Origin: Octopus vulgaris
Taxonomy: Eukaryota
Direction: 5' to 3'
Assembly: GCA_951406725.2 (NCBI GenBank)
Contig: OX597820.1
Coordinates: forward strand, 118,048,001-118,112,000
DNA length: 64,000 nt
Below the pieces are notes generated by a model. The model searched no databases and had not been told where the DNA came from. It saw nothing but the letters and a program-made list of their open reading frames with translations. Positions 27,066 to 42,077 of this stretch are shown here, piece after piece (the first letter of the stretch is position 1; the number at the start of each line of letters is the position of its first letter). Both the position numbers and the translations under genes were made by a program.

Positions 27066-28406
27066 TAAAAGGTACCGCTTTTAAAAGACTCCGGATTGCG
27101 TCGATATGGAATGCAGGGATTGCAACATGATGTTGGTAAGTGTCATACAAAAAAGAATCCTTTGTTAGTTTGGTTATGCTACTCTCTTACCTTATTTCAG
27201 TTATTCGATGGTGTGGCCATGTTGAAGGTACTGTATTCTTTTAAAGGTACTGTATTCTATAAAGGTACCGTATTCTTTTAAAAGACTCCGGATTGCGTCG
27301 ATATGGAATGCAGGGATTGCAACATGATGTTGGTAAGTGTCATACAAAAAAGAATCCTTTGTTAGTTTGGTTATGCTACTCTCTTACCTTATTTCAGTTA
27401 TTCGATGGTGTGGCCATGTTGAGGTACTGTATTCTTTTAAAGGTACTGTATTCTATAAAGGTACTGTATTCTTTTAAAAGACTCCGGATTGCGTCGATAT
27501 GGAATGCAGGGATTGCAACATGATGTTGGTAAGTGTCATACAAAAAAGAATCCTTTGTTAGTTTGGTTATGCTACTCTCTTACCTTATTTCAGTTATTCG
27601 ATGGTGTGGCCATGTTGAGGTACTGTATTCTTTTAAAGGTACTGTATTCTATAAAGGTACCGTATTCTTTTAAAAGACTCCGGATTGCGTCGATATGGAA
27701 TGCAAGGATTGCAACATGATGTTGGTAAGTGTCATACAAAAAAGAACCCTTTGTAAATTTGGTAATGATACTCTCTTACCTTACTTCAGTTATTCGATGG
27801 TGTGGCCATGTTGAGGTACTGTATTCTTTTAAAGGTACTGTATTCTATAAAGGTACTGTATTCTTTTAAAAGACTCCGGATTGCGTCGATATGGAATGCA
27901 GGGATTGCAACATGATGTTGGTAAGTGTCATACAAAAAAGAATCCTTTGTAAGTTTGGTTATGCTACTCTCTTACCTTATTTCAGTTATTCGATGGTGTG
28001 GCCATGTTGAGGTACTGTATTCTTTTAAAGGTACTGTATTCTATAAAGGTACTGTATTCTTTTAAAAGACTCCGGATTGCGTCGATATCGAATGCAGGGA
28101 TTGCAACATGATGTTGGTAAGTGTCATACAAAAAAGAACCCTTTGTAAATTTGGTAATGATACTCTCTTACCTTACTTCACTTATTCGATGGTGTGGCCA
28201 TGTTGAGGTACTATCTTCTTTTAAAGGTACTGTATTCTTTTAAAAGACTCCAGATTGCGTCGATAAGGAATGCAAGGATTGCAACATGATGTTGGTTAAG
28301 TGTCATACCAAAAAAAAAAAAAAACGCTTTGTAAATTTGGTCATGTTACTCTCTCACCTTACTTCACTTATTCGATGGTGTGGCCATGTTGAGGTACTGT
28401 CTTCTT
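27066..28406. repeat. Tandem array of about 7 x 196-bp units with internal 19-bp subrepeats
   Basis: GACTCC(G/A)GATTGCGTCG recurs at 27087, 27284, 27480, 27676, 27872, 28068, 28246; subrepeat AGGTACTGTATTCTTTTAA x2-3. Confidence 0.95.
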
Positions 28407-28726
28407 AGATTCAGTCGATCCATGACTTATTTTGAGTATAGTATTCTGTCGACATGTTTTGCTCTCTAAATGTGGGACATATCGGTCTTAACTGAAGTAA
28501 TCACAGGTATACTTCAACTTACTTAATACTTAGTTCGTACCTGTGTGTGAGCGATGACCTAGAACATCGTACGGAAGAAGAAGAGTCTATAGCTTGCATA
28601 CTTCATAGAATGTAGTGGTTTAGTGTACGGCAAGTCAAATCTGCAATAAGGATTCGATGCCCCCTTTGATTACTTCCATACCATTTATCCTACATACCTA
28701 TGGTTTCTGACAATGGTCAAAGTATA

Positions 28727-29071
28727 GGCGCAGGAGTGGCTATGTGGTAAGTAGCTTGTTTACCAACCACATGGTTCCGGGTTCAGTCCCACTGCGTGGC
28801 ACCTTGGGCAAGTGTCTTCTGCTATAGCCTCGGATTTGGTAGACGGAAACTGAAAGAAGCCCGTCGTATATATGTATATGTATATATGCGTGTGTGTGTT
28901 TGTCCCCCTAGCATTGCTTGACAACCGATGCTGGCAAAAAGAGACCGATAGAATAAGTACTGGGCTTACAAAGAATAAGTCCCGGGGTCGAGTTGCTCGA
29001 TTAAAGGCGGTGCTCCAGCATGGCCGCAGTCAAATGACTGAAACAAGTAAAAGAGTAAAAGAGTAAAGAGT
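28727..29071 (+). mobile_element. SINE group A with small internal deletions
   Basis: Match to group A. Confidence 0.9.
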
Positions 29072-29324
29072 AATAATAAATAACTTAGGGTTAAACTATC
29101 CTGGGTTGGTGAAGGGATAGATTTCACCAGGCTGACTCAGTTCCAAATTACTACTTAAAGAGAACCAGCAGTTTCCTTTTCTTCTTTGCACCACTTCTTG
29201 TCCACCACAAACCGATTCCTCAGCCGAAAATAATTCATTTCTATTTTGAATTTAAATGGTCTTGAAAACATATGGTTGTTACATAATAGGACTTCACGCA
29301 TGTTTGGTCAAAGTAAGAAAGACG

Positions 29325-29530
29325 CAGCTGCTGCGGGTTGAAAGAGGCCCCATGGCGGGCTCCGTGCCAGATGGCTGGACATGATAAAGGGACATCTCCA
29401 GAAGCTCGACGTCATGTTGAAGGATGCAGAGGAGCTGACCGGGGCCACCAGCAATGGGGAGCACTGGTGAACCAGGTCGACTCTATGCACGATGACGCCT
29501 CTGGCACCACAAATCTGGGATGACTTCAGC
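29325..29530 (+). mobile_element. RTE-clade LINE extreme 3' fragment
   Basis: Translates AAG*KRPHGGLRARWLDMIKGHLQKLDVMLKDAEEL..QQWGALV, like the RTE motif WKRPRGRP..RW.D....DL....A..L..DR..WR.LV. Confidence 0.6.
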
Positions 29531-29609
29531 CCTTTCAAGCAAGAGCCTGAAGCGAGAGGTCAAAATAAAAAAAAAACATCTGACATATGTACCTTCCTTT
29601 TCTTTTGTG

Positions 29610-30101
29610 AACTTTTAACTTGTCTCAGCCATGGGACGGCGGCCAAGCTGGGCCACCACCATGAAAAGCTTAGTCAAACAAATCAACCAAAGTACCAAGT
29701 CTTGTACTTATTCTATCCGTCTCTTTTACCGAACCGTTAAATTACGAACGTAAACAAACCAACAGAGTTTGTCAAGCAATGGAGGGGGCACACACGCCAC
29801 CCCCATACACATATATATATATACATACATATAGTGTGTGTATGTATATATTTATATATGTGTGTGTGTTAGTATGTATGTCTGCGAGTATGTATGTATG
29901 TTTGTTTGTTTGTGTGTGTGTGTGTGAGTATGTATGTGACGGGGTTTTTTCCGTTTCCTTCTACTAAATTTAGTAACAAGGCCCTGGACGGCTCGGGGCC
30001 ATAGCAGAAGACCCCTGCCCAAAATACCGCGCAGTGGAACCGGACCCGAAGCCACGCTGTAGTAAAGCGAGTTCCTTAGCCACACTGTCCTACCTGCGCC
30101 G
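29610..30101 (-). mobile_element. SINE group A, old diverged copy
   Basis: Patchy reverse-complement similarity. Confidence 0.7.
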
Positions 30102-30540
30102 GCTATGATCATATTCCCTCATAAAGTTCATAGTAAATTACAAAGCAACACGTTTAAGAGTAAACAGGATGCAATGATTTAAATAGTAGCGTGATGCAGG
30201 CAACTATCTTGTAGGGAGATACTGTATAACTTACACTGTATGTAGCGGTCCGGCGGGAAGAAACCGATAGAATAAACAAGGCTTTAAAAAATTCTAACGT
30301 TTCGAGGCGGTGCTCTAGCATGGCCACAGCACAATGAGTGAAACAAATAAAAGATAATCAAGCAAAAAAAGAAAAAAAAAGATTTGTGAGCCGAGCTCAG
30401 CACCAAAGTTCGCAATGGGGTTTCAATTTTCGTTTGAATTTACTTGATTTTATTTTCTTCGTTGATTTTTACCCCCCGCCCAACATATCTTGGCAACTTT
30501 ATAAACGCAATGTCATGTATCGAGGAAGTATCAGAATTCT

Positions 30541-30958
30541 TATTTCTTTACTACACACAAGGAGCTAAACATATAGAGGGGACAAACAAGGACAGACAAA
30601 TGGATAAAGTCGATTATATCGACTCCAGTGCGTAACTGGTACTTAATGTATCGAGCCCGAAAGGATGAAAGACAAAGTCGACCTCGGCGGAATTTGAACT
30701 CAGAATGTAGCGGCAGACGAAATACCTATTTCTTTACTACCCACAAGGGGCTAAACACAGAAGGGACAAACAAGGACAGACAAACAAATTAAGTCGATTA
30801 TATCGACCCAGTGTGTAACTGGTACTTATTTAATCGACCCCGAAAGGATGAAAGGCAAAGTCCACCTCGGCGGAATTTGATCTCAGAACGTATCGGCAGA
30901 CGAAGTACGGCTAAGCATTTCGCCCGGCGTGCCAACGATTCTGTCAGCTCGCCGCCTT
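30541..30958 (-). mobile_element. SINE group C dimer
   Basis: Two units joined at GAAATACCTATTTC (about 30719-30732). Confidence 0.9.
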
Positions 30959-31030
30959 TCAGAATCCTAAGACCTTGTCAATATTGGTGTTATTGTCATG
31001 GATTTTGATTTGACACAATGATCAAATCGT

Positions 31031-31201
31031 GCGCGGAGGTAATTACTTATTTGTGTGCAACCCACGTTTCTTTCCAACTAAATTGTTCCGTGTTCAGTCC
31101 CACTGTGTGGTACCTTGGGTAAGTTTTTTCTTCTATAGCTTCAGATCAACCAAAGCCTTGTGAGTGGATTTTGTAGACGGAAACTGAAAGAAGCTCGTCG
31201 T
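31031..31201 (+). mobile_element. SINE group A 5' half
   Basis: GTTCAGTCCCACTG..ACCTTGGG..GTAGACGGAAACTGAAAGAAG. Confidence 0.75.
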
Positions 31202-31219
31202 GTATGTATATATTTCTAT

Positions 31220-31496
31220 CTACCGACCAGGCTATCAGATGTTGCTACACATCGCTGGCCACAATGCGCTTCGCTGGTTTTAGCCTTCAAATGCCGCCAC
31301 CCCGCTGGCTAAGCGAGCAGGCCAACAGAAGGAAGAGTGAAAGTTGTGGCGAAAGAGTACAGCAGGGATCGCCACCCCCCCTGCTGGAGACTCGTGGAGC
31401 TTTAGGTGTTTTCGCTCAATAAACACTCACAACGCCCCGGTCTGGGAATCGAAACCGCGAGTCCGCTGCCCTAAACACTGGGCCATTGCACATCCA
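31220..31496 (-). mobile_element. SINE group B, body type 4
   Basis: Same head as other group B copies, unrelated 3' body. Confidence 0.8.
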
Positions 31497-31544
31497 GCAT
31501 ATATATATATATATATATATATATTATTATTACTATTATTTTTA

Positions 31545-31605
<61 letters not shown>

Positions 31606-31921
31606 ACGGAGGTGGAAATAGCACGGAAGTAAATCTAAGACATTTCAATTTAAAAAGGAATTTAATAAAATGGTTTTAAAAGTTATATAAAGAAAATATT
31701 ACTGCTTTGAATGATGAATCTCATTTGATTAAATATCAGTAAAAATTTATAAAAATTTGAAGTAAAGACAGTTTATATTGTGTCTGAGGGTGAAAAACAT
31801 GTCTGGAGAGGTTTCGTTGAAGTCTTGAATACAATTTGGTATAGAGTTCAGGGTGTTAGAGAGAAAGAGACGGGGTGTGGTTGTCTATTGTCTAAAAGAA
31901 ACTTTTGTGGGTTCCTGCGTG

Positions 31922-32120
31922 TGTGTGTGTTGTTCCCCACTACGACTTGACATTCGATGTTAGAGTGCTTACGCCCCTTAACTTAGCAGTTCGGCAGAAG
32001 ATATCGATAGAATAAGTAGCAGGCTTTTAAAAGACAATCATTGGGGTTGATTCATTCGACTAGAACAGTGAGGTCACAGTTCTAATGATTGAAACAAGTA
32101 AAAGATTAAAAAATAAAAGA
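31922..32120 (+). mobile_element. SINE group A 3' half, diverged
   Basis: AACTTAGCAGTTCGGCAG..GATAGAATAAGTA..GAAACAAGTAAAAGA. Confidence 0.7.
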
Positions 32121-32204
32121 TAGCGACTAAGTGGATGAATTTGAAGCTGGGAAACGTAGGATCATGAGAAGCAATCATCTGTAATAAAGGGTTCAAATTT
32201 TTAA

Positions 32205-32362
32205 CATTGCATCGACACCAGTATTTGACTGGTACATATTTTATCGTCCTTGAAAGGATGAAAGGTAAAGTCGATATCGGCTGAATTTGAACTCAGAATG
32301 TAAAAGCGGAGGAAATGCCGCTAAGCATTTTGTCCGGCCTGCTAACGGTCCCGCCAGCTGTT
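32205..32362 (-). mobile_element. SINE group C fragment
   Basis: GAAAGGATGAAAGG..AAGTCGA..GAATTTGAACTCAGAA. Confidence 0.75.
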
Positions 32363-32416
32363 TCCATCACCAGTCCATGTGTCATCAATTCTTTTGAGTC
32401 AGGCACGACAAAGTAT

Positions 32417-32826
32417 ACTCTTTACTCTTTTACTTGTTTCAGTCATTTGACTGCGGCCATGCTGGAGCACCGCCTTTAGTCGAGCAACTCGACCCCGGGA
32501 CTTATTCTTTTTGTAAGCCCAGTACTTATTCTATCGGTCTCTTTTTGCTGAGCCGCTAAGTGACGGGGACGTAAACACACCAGCGTCGGTTGTCAAGCAA
32601 TGCTAGGGGAACAAACACAGACACACAAACACACACACATACATATATTTATATACATATATACGACAGGCTTCTTTCAGTTTCCGTCTACCAAATCCAC
32701 TCACAAGGCATTGGTCGGCCCGGGGCTATAGCAGAAGACACTTGCCCAAGTTGCCACGCAGTGGGATTAAACCGAGAACCATGTGGTTGGTTAGCAAGCT
32801 ACTTACCACACAGCCACTCCTGCGCC
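32417..32826 (-). mobile_element. SINE group A
   Basis: Full-length match. Confidence 0.9.
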
Positions 32827-33058
32827 TATATTGTTCTTTTTAGCCTGTTGACTATCCATTATCGTGTTGAATTAAAATCAAAGGTAAAAGTCAAGGCCGT
32901 GACTATGATGAAGAACTTATCAACCGAATTGTTACATTCCTTACGTATGTTTAATGTAGAAAGACTTTGCCTACTTCAATAGCAAATATTTACGACATTG
33001 AGATAAGGCTGTGCACTTTTTCTTTTACATTTGTGGCATCAATTTAATGAGTATATAT

Positions 33059-33458
33059 TCTTTTCTACTCTAGGCACAAGGCCCGAAATTTTTGGAGAGG
33101 GGGCCAGTCGATTAGCTCAACCCCAGTACGAAACTGGTACTTATTTAATCGACCCCGAAAGGATGAAAGGCAAAGTCGACCTTGGCGGAATTTGAACTCA
33201 GAACGTAACGGCAGACGAAATACCTATTTCTTTACTACCCACAAGGGGCTAAGCACACAGAGGGAACAAATAGGGACAGACAAACGGATAAAGTCGATTA
33301 TATCGACCTCAGTGTGTAACTGGTACTTAATTTATCGACCCTGAAAGGATGAAAGGCAAAGTCGACCTCGGCGGAATTTGAACTCAGAACGTATCAGCAG
33401 ACGAAATACCACTGAGCATTTCGCCCGGCCTGCTAACGTTTCTGCCAGCTCGATGCCT
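33059..33458 (-). mobile_element. SINE group C dimer
   Basis: Two units joined at GAAATACCTATTTC (about 33217-33230). Confidence 0.9.
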
Positions 33459-33639
33459 TTTAATGAGAATATATTGTTAATAAAGTCATTGAATTGAAGT
33501 TGGATGACTAAAGTGCAAATATGAACCTCGTGAACCTGGAACTTATAAATGAACGAATTGATTAGTTCGTCCGTCATTGACCACGATGATTAAGGACATC
33601 ATGTGGGAGAAAGAAATGGGAATGGTGTGTATGGCTGTG

Positions 33640-34300
33640 GTCAGTCAGTCCGATGCATGCTCGGAAGGCTCTGCCTCAAGTCGGGCAGTGGTGGACTGCT
33701 GGCACTGAAGGTGACACATTGGCTCTGGATTTGCGCAGACCACATTATCTTCGTTCTCCTGCAATCTTTTTTTGTTCGTAGAAGGTGGCACCTCTGTTGG
33801 TGCAGCTCCACCAGGCAGGGCGTTTTTGCGCTTACGTTTCCCAGGTGTCGGATTTGATCTCAAAGCATTTGAACGTATCCTTGAAATGCCTTTTCCGTCC
33901 ATCTTGTGTACCTTTGCCTTCCACCAGTTCTATGTAAAAGTCTTTTGGGGAGTCGTATCTCAGGCATTTGAACCAGGTGGCCTGACCGCTTGACATCCGC
34001 TCTCCTCAGCAGTGTGTGGCAGATCAGCCCGCGAGAGGACCTCCGTGTCTGGGGCCTTGCCTTGCCACGTGATTTTTCAACAGCGTTCTCAGGCAGTTCA
34101 TGTGGAAACAGTTTAGATTTTTGGTGTGGTGTTCGTAAACCAGGTCTCGTAGGTGTACAGTAGAGTAGGCAGCCAGCACAGCTAACTGCTTGCTACACCT
34201 TTAACTTTGGGGCCAGCCCAATGCCCTTTTTCTACCACACTGATTCACACAGCCACTCGAATACTGAGCTTCCTTTGGCGATGCGTGTCGATTTCATTGT
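33640..34300 (-). mobile_element. Decayed RTE-clade LINE fragment
   Basis: Minus-strand frames give LPTLLYTYETW, KITWQGKAPDTEVL and GHLVQMP..RLPK, matching RTE post-RT motifs, with frameshifts. Confidence 0.7.
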
Positions 34301-36052
34301 CAATGTTCAAAGACCCGGAAGAATGGGCTGCCGAGGTACGTGAATTTATTAACAACCTTCAGGGTTTCCCCTTCGATACTGACAGCTGGTTCCACATACG
34401 CTTCTGCATGGCAGGTCGGTGCATGACCTCTGCCATTGGGTACAGACTGTGAGGTCAAGGTTGTTGCAAGCCGTGGAAAATCAGTAGAAAATTATTAGAT
34501 GAACGAATTGGAGATGTTTTGACTAATATGTCTACCTTTAGTAGGGTGTTATTTAAAAGGAGATTTGACATCTATTTCTAGCTGTTCGACTAACCGCTAG
34601 CAATTTAGCTTCCTTTATTGCCTCGAAAATTGTTATTCGTTTAAATTTATGATATTTATGATATTTATTCTATCCATGAGCCATTTTTGTTGTAGGTGAA
34701 CGAAAACAGCTTCGACCAAGGATCGAAACCCTACCGCGGATTTGATTCTTCTTTGGACGCTTGCTCCTTCCTCTTCATCTCAGCATCACAACGCTTCTAT
34801 ATTTTTTATTAACGTCATAGTTAACAGACATGTTATTGTATGCAAACTTAGACAATAGACAACAGAGGTTGTAACAGTTCAACATCGAACACGACTAGGG
34901 TGTGTATGTTTATATTTGTCTCTGGTCGTATGTATGTATGTAAATGTCTAAACTAATATGTAACCGTGTGCATGACACACACGCGCGTGTGTGTGTGTGT
35001 CTGTCAATGCATGTATGAATGTGTCTATTTGTGAATGTATGTGTGTGTCTGTGCTACCGGTGCTTTGAGGTCGCTAGGAAGTGTTGTTGTAAAGTTGTCT
35101 TGGTCCTGATATTTTATATCTTAATGGATTTTCCCTGTCTCCATTGAAACTTTTTCTTGTAATGTGTCAATTCGTGTGGTATGTAACAACAAGAAACCGA
35201 TCCTTAGGTTGTATATGATAATATGCCCTTATATGCTTGTATATATGTATGTATGTATGTATGTATATATATACAAACATATATATATATATATATGCAT
35301 TTGTATATGCGCATTCACCTAATAACGTATTTTAATGTAATCTGTTGTATAAAGATATCACAAATAATATCATCTTACATACGCATACACACGCACACAT
35401 ATGCACACGATACATAAATACATAATACATATACACATACGCATACATAGCCCACACTCACAAACATACGTATACATACGTATATAAAGATATATATACA
35501 TATACTCTTATACATCTGTATATATACACAAATATATACAGACATAGATATATGCATATGGTGTATCATATATATATGTATATTATATATATATATATAT
35601 TAGTTATATATATATGTATATATTAGACATATATATGTAAACATACATATATATTAGTGTATATATATACATACATACACACATACATATATATATTGAC
35701 AAAATTAAAGATAAGGATATATATATATATGTATATATGCATGTACATATATACATAAACATACACACACACAGATATATACTTACACTGACAGACACAA
35801 CCACACACACATGCATAAATACACATCTGCAGACGTCCATATTTACATATCCCCATACACATGCGCGAATCTCAATGCCCATGGCTGATATACACACTTC
35901 CTTTTGCTAACCATTTCCGGTTGCTCCCGTGTTTCCACCATTTTTACCTAAAACTAAAAGTTTCTTGTCATAATCTATGCAGGAGAATGTAAGTAACATT
36001 GTAGTCGAATGTTAAGAACAGAATGGGAATGTGTGAAAGGAGGGGAGAGAGG

Positions 36053-36086
<34 letters not shown>

Positions 36087-36332
36087 GGGAGAAAGAGAGA
36101 GAGAGAGAGGAATAGAAAAACAAGTCTTTGAAAGAGCGAGGCTGAAAGACAATGATGCAGATTGAATGAAGGATAAACGGGTAAGAAGGTTGAGAGATGG
36201 ATGGAGAGGTGGAGAGAGAGAGAGAGAGAGAGAGAGAGCGATGAAGGGAATATGAGAGGAAAAAGAGAGATAGAGAGAGAAAGAGGGTCAAGGGAGGTAA
36301 ATAGAGATTTAAGAAAGAGTGGGGGAGAGTGA

Positions 36333-36427
36333 GAAGGAAGAAGAAGAAGAAGAAGAAGAAGAAGAAGAAGAAGAAGAAGAAGAAGAAGAAGAAGAAGAAG
36401 AAGAAGAAGAAGAGAGAGAGAGAGAGA
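36333..36427. repeat. (GAA)n/(GA)n microsatellite
   Basis: Direct reading. Confidence 0.9.
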
Positions 36428-36499
36428 GGGATGAGTGAATGTAGTAAAAATAGAGAGAAGGGGATTCAGAATGTGAGCCACTGAATGAGTCGAAATCAA

Positions 36500-37232
36500 A
36501 AGCGTGGTACTTATTTTATCGATCTTAGTTGCCTGGCCGCAAAGTTACGAATGCGTCAATAAATTAACAGGTGGAAAAGAGACAAACGCAGGCACGCACA
36601 CACACGTACACACATACACGCACGCGACGGGCTTCCACACAACTTCCGTCCACCAAATTCACTCACAAGGCTTTGGTTGTCTCGGGGCTATAGCAGAAGA
36701 CACCTACCTAAGGCGAACCTGAAACCAACGGTTTGCAAAGCGAGCGAGCTTCCTACCCCGTAGCAATGTCATTCTTCCAGCACGACATCGGCAACTACAA
36801 AGGAATAGATGTTTCACTAATAATACCGAAACATGGTCGTTGTTGTCTCCCTTAGTTACCGAAACAGTGACAATATTCTAACTAACTGGTTCTCCGTCGG
36901 TTGCGACAATGCGTGTCCTAGTTGATCCGATAAACGGAACAGCCTGCTCACGAAATTAACGCGCAAGTGGCTGAGCGCCCACAGACACACGTACCCTTAA
37001 CGTAGTTCTCTTTGTGTCTGTGTTTGTCACTCCAGTACCACTTGACAACTGAAGTTGGTTTGTTTACGTCTTCGTAACTTAGTGATTCCACGAAAAGGCC
37101 GATAGAATATGTGTTAGACTTACAGACCAGAAAACAAAGGTACTGGATTCGGTTGGTTTGACGACAACCCTTCAAGGTGATGTCCCTGCATGGCTGCTGT
37201 CCAATGACTGAAACAAGCAGAAAATAAAAGAA
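36500..37232. mobile_element. Cluster of diverged SINE fragments (group A on both strands, group B type 2 tail at 36892-37010)
   Basis: Patchy similarity to intact copies in the window. Confidence 0.65.
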
Positions 37233-38556
37233 AGCTTATCCTTAGGTCGGTTGACTTTGGATCCAAATTATTTCAACCTTGGAATCTCATATTCTTTGAA
37301 GACATACCCACAACAACATTATGTTATGAGTCCTTTTTTTTTTAAAAAAAAAGGAAATATTTTTGAGGGAGACTTAGCTCTCTTATTGATTGTTTTAATG
37401 AAGGTACAATAAGAGAAGGGAAAGGAAACGTCGACGTGTCATCCGGATGACACTTATTTGTTCGACTCCGCAGCCAGGAGAAGTAAAGTTGATGCTGGTC
37501 ATTCTCAATTCGGATTAATAGCCCCCTGATTTACTCGTGTATTAGTCTCGTCTTAAATTTACTGTTAAATCTTGCTACAATATTTTTATCCGTCGTAGTT
37601 TTAGCTTTTCCCTGGAGATAAGTCGCAAACCCCAGTTTTTTTTCAGTTGAAATCAAATATAAAACTGTCGAGAAAATATGGTAATTAATTTGTCAAACAA
37701 TTCCCCGAGTCTGGCAGGAAAAACGACCTCGTACTTTTGGTTTCTTTTAGTTTCTTTCACTCCTACATTTTTCTTTCAGCCCATTTCCTTCTTTCTTTCA
37801 TTTTTCTCTTCCCATTCCTTCCTTCACCTTCCTTCACCTTCCTTCTCTCTAAATCTCTTTCAATGAATTAACATCTTAGCAATTCAGCAACCCCTTTGAA
37901 TCGCTCTGGTTGTTATAAAAATCAATCAAACCATTTTCCCCTCTGTTGATTCTTTACAACCCACATTTCTAATACGATCCAAAAAGTGTTTTCTATTAAA
38001 AAATTCTATTTTATTTTCCCGAACACTTCCTCTTATCTCGTCATTGATAATTTTTCTCTAATTTTAAGCCGTCTTTTCAAAGTTTCATTAAAAAACATAC
38101 AAAGACCAAAATAATGTAGTGTTTTTGAGGTCAACTTCCGGTGCCTTTAGTGCTGAGAAAAACAAGTTTGAAGCTTCGTTATGATAAAAAAAAAAATTAA
38201 TTCAATTCCAACATGACTAAAACACCAACAAAACAAAACCAACATTGTTATTGTGTTTTCATCTACAGACATTTGATATTAATTGATTTTTGTTACTGTT
38301 GTTGTTATTATTCGTTCCACAATTTTTCATTTTGTTGCAATTAGAGAATTTGCCCTCTTTGGTCAGAGTAATCAAGTCTGTAAGGTACTCCGACTGGCCC
38401 TGGGTAGCTGCCTACAAGTTACTAACTTTTCTTTGTTGCTATTATTTCTGGCTTTTTCGGTAAGTTTTTTTTTGTAAAAAAATGTTACGTAAATACAACT
38501 GTTTGGGATTTTCGCGTTGTCGCCATTGTCTTTGAACCATTAAAGTAAATAAAAAA

Positions 38557-38619
38557 TTATTATCATTATTATCATTATTATTATTATCAATATCATTATT
38601 ATTATTATTATTATTATTA

Positions 38620-38697
<78 letters not shown>

Positions 38698-38698
38698 T
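38557..38698. repeat. (TTA)n/(TAG)n microsatellite
   Basis: Direct reading. Confidence 0.95.
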
Positions 38699-38699
38699 T

Positions 38700-39210
38700 G
38701 CAAAATGCTTGGCCGCATTTCGCCCATCGCTACGTTCTAAGTTCAAATTTCGCCGAGGTCGACTTTGCCTTTCAGCCTCTCGGGGTCGATGAAACACTGG
38801 GGTTGATGTAATCGAATCGACCTCCTGCCCCCGAATTCCAGGCCTTGTGCTTTTAGTAGAAAGGATTATTATTACTATTATTATTAAGGCGGCGAGCTGG
38901 AAGAGTCGTTAGCGCGCCGGGCGGAATGCTTGGAGGCATTGCGTTCGTCTTTACGTTCTGAGTTCAAATTTCGTCGAGGGCGACTTTACTTCTCATCCTT
39001 TCGAGGTCGATAAATTAAGTACCAGTGATGCGCTCGACTATCCTCCTCCCCCAAATTTCAGGCCTTGTGACCCATGGCAACCTAGCAGAATCGCTAGCGC
39101 GCCGGACAAAATGTTTAGCAGCATTTTGTCAGGCTGTACGTTCTGAGTTCAAATGCCCCGAGGTCGATTTTGCCTTTTACCCTTTCGGGGGTTGATAAAA
39201 TAAGTACCAT
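38700..39210 (+). mobile_element. Three tandem diverged group C SINEs
   Basis: Repeated TACGTTCT(A/G)AGTTCAAA..GAGG..CGA..TT motif at about 38730, 38950 and 39140. Confidence 0.8.
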
Positions 39211-39447
39211 AAATGATCATCGTCCTGTAAGAGGGAGAGCTACATCTCACACACCCCCCAACTTTTTCGTTTTTGACTTTATATACTATGTATATTTCCC
39301 TTCCTTTTCATTGTATACCACGTGTACTTACCCCCACCTGTTCAATCATTTCATTGTATGTAAACCCCCCACACTTTATGCCTGTCTTTGCATTGTTCCC
39401 CTCATCCTCCCTGGTAGAAAATTAATGAAATTCACCTCCTCCTCCTC

Positions 39448-39512
<65 letters not shown>

Positions 39513-39531
39513 CATTATCATGATTATTATT

Positions 39532-39946
39532 CTCTTACTCTCTTTTTACTCTTTTACTTGTTTCAGTCATTTGACTGTGGCCATGCTGGGGCACCGCCTT
39601 TAGTCGAGCAACTCGACCCCGGGACTTATTCTTTTTGTAAGCCCAGTACTTATTCTATCGGTCACTTTTTGCCGAACCGCTAAGTGACGGGGACGTAAAC
39701 ACACCAGCATCGGTTGTCAAGCAATGCTAAGGGAACAAACACAGACACGCAAACACACATACGCATATATGTATACATATATACGACAGGCTTCTTTCAG
39801 TTTCCATCTACCAAATCGACTAACAAGGCATTGGTCGGCCCGGGGCTATAGCAGAAGACACTTGCCCAAGATGCCACGCAGTGGGACTGAACCCGGAACC
39901 ATGTGGTTGGTTAGCAAGCTACTTACCACACAGCCACTCCTGTGCC
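39532..39946 (-). mobile_element. SINE group A inserted in (TTA)n
   Basis: Full-length match, TTA tracts on both sides. Confidence 0.9.
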
Positions 39947-41117
<1,171 letters not shown>

Positions 41118-42050
41118 GCAGTGTGGGGTAGCGCATTGTCTTAATGAAACATCACTCCTTTTCGATTCACTAAAGCGGGTCACTTTTTCTTCAAAGCTTG
41201 GTTCAAATGCTCTAATTGCTGACAGCAGACTTGAGCATTGATTGTTGCATTAGGTGGTAACACTTCAAAGTGAATTACTCCTTTTCAATCCCACCAGATA
41301 GAGAGAAGAACCTTTCTCCCATGAAGTTCCCTTCTCCGTTGTGGTTGAACTTTTCCCCTTTTACCAAGCCACGTTTAACATTTCGATAGAAGATCCATTT
41401 TTCGTCACCAGTCACAAGTTTATCCAAGAACGGGTGAAATGAGTTCGCGCGAATGGAGAGAAGAGCAGATGTCTACTCGGGATTTGCGGCTGCTTTCGGA
41501 CAATTCATGAAGTACCCATTTTCCAAGTTTAAGAACCTTTCCAAGTTCTTGAGTTTGTAGGGTTTGAACAGTTGTAGGGTTCGAACTAAGCTCTATTGCC
41601 CTTCAACTAACAATGGAGGATTTTCTTCAAATAATGCCTCAAGGAGCTTATCATCAAACTCAACTGGACGTTCTGTTCGATCTTCGTCTTCAAGGGTGAA
41701 ATCTCCACTTCTGAATTTTGCAAACCATCTTCTGCAAGTTCTTTCATTCAAGCATTCTTTCCCCATAAACTGAGTGTATGTTTTGAGCCGCTTCGGCTGC
41801 AGAGTTTCCTTTTTTGTACTTATAAAGTATTATGTGCCTCAAATGCTCTTTAGATACTTCCATGTTAGAAAGGGTTTTAATAAAAAAAAATTTAATTCTA
41901 TTATTCTGTAAAATAATAGTTAATTAGTTTAAATGTACACAAATGCATAAGAATAATTTTTAATTCCATTAGACATTCTAAAATACTATTAAATTTCATT
42001 CAATCTTAAAAAAGGTAAAATCGGACAGAACTTATAGGATGACTTGATAA
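41118..42050 (-). mobile_element. Decayed mariner DNA transposon, 3'-truncated
   Basis: From ATG at 41863: MEVSKEHLRHII..RTCRRWFAKFRSGDFTLEDEDR..GKWVLHEL..LVTGDEKWIFY..KVLLSIWWD..DNALPH, with stops and frameshifts; TIR-like end near 42020-42050. Confidence 0.9.
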
Positions 42051-42076
42051 ATAAATATATATGTGTGTACACCTAA

Positions 42077-42077
42077 C

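Noticed and set aside
27066-28406. CRISPR array or repeated 76-aa genes
   Set aside because: Whole units are repeated with no unique spacers, no cas genes, eukaryotic context; the ORFs start at TTG and break in variant units
28610-28665. tRNA-like A/B box pair
   Set aside because: Too degenerate to fold or assign
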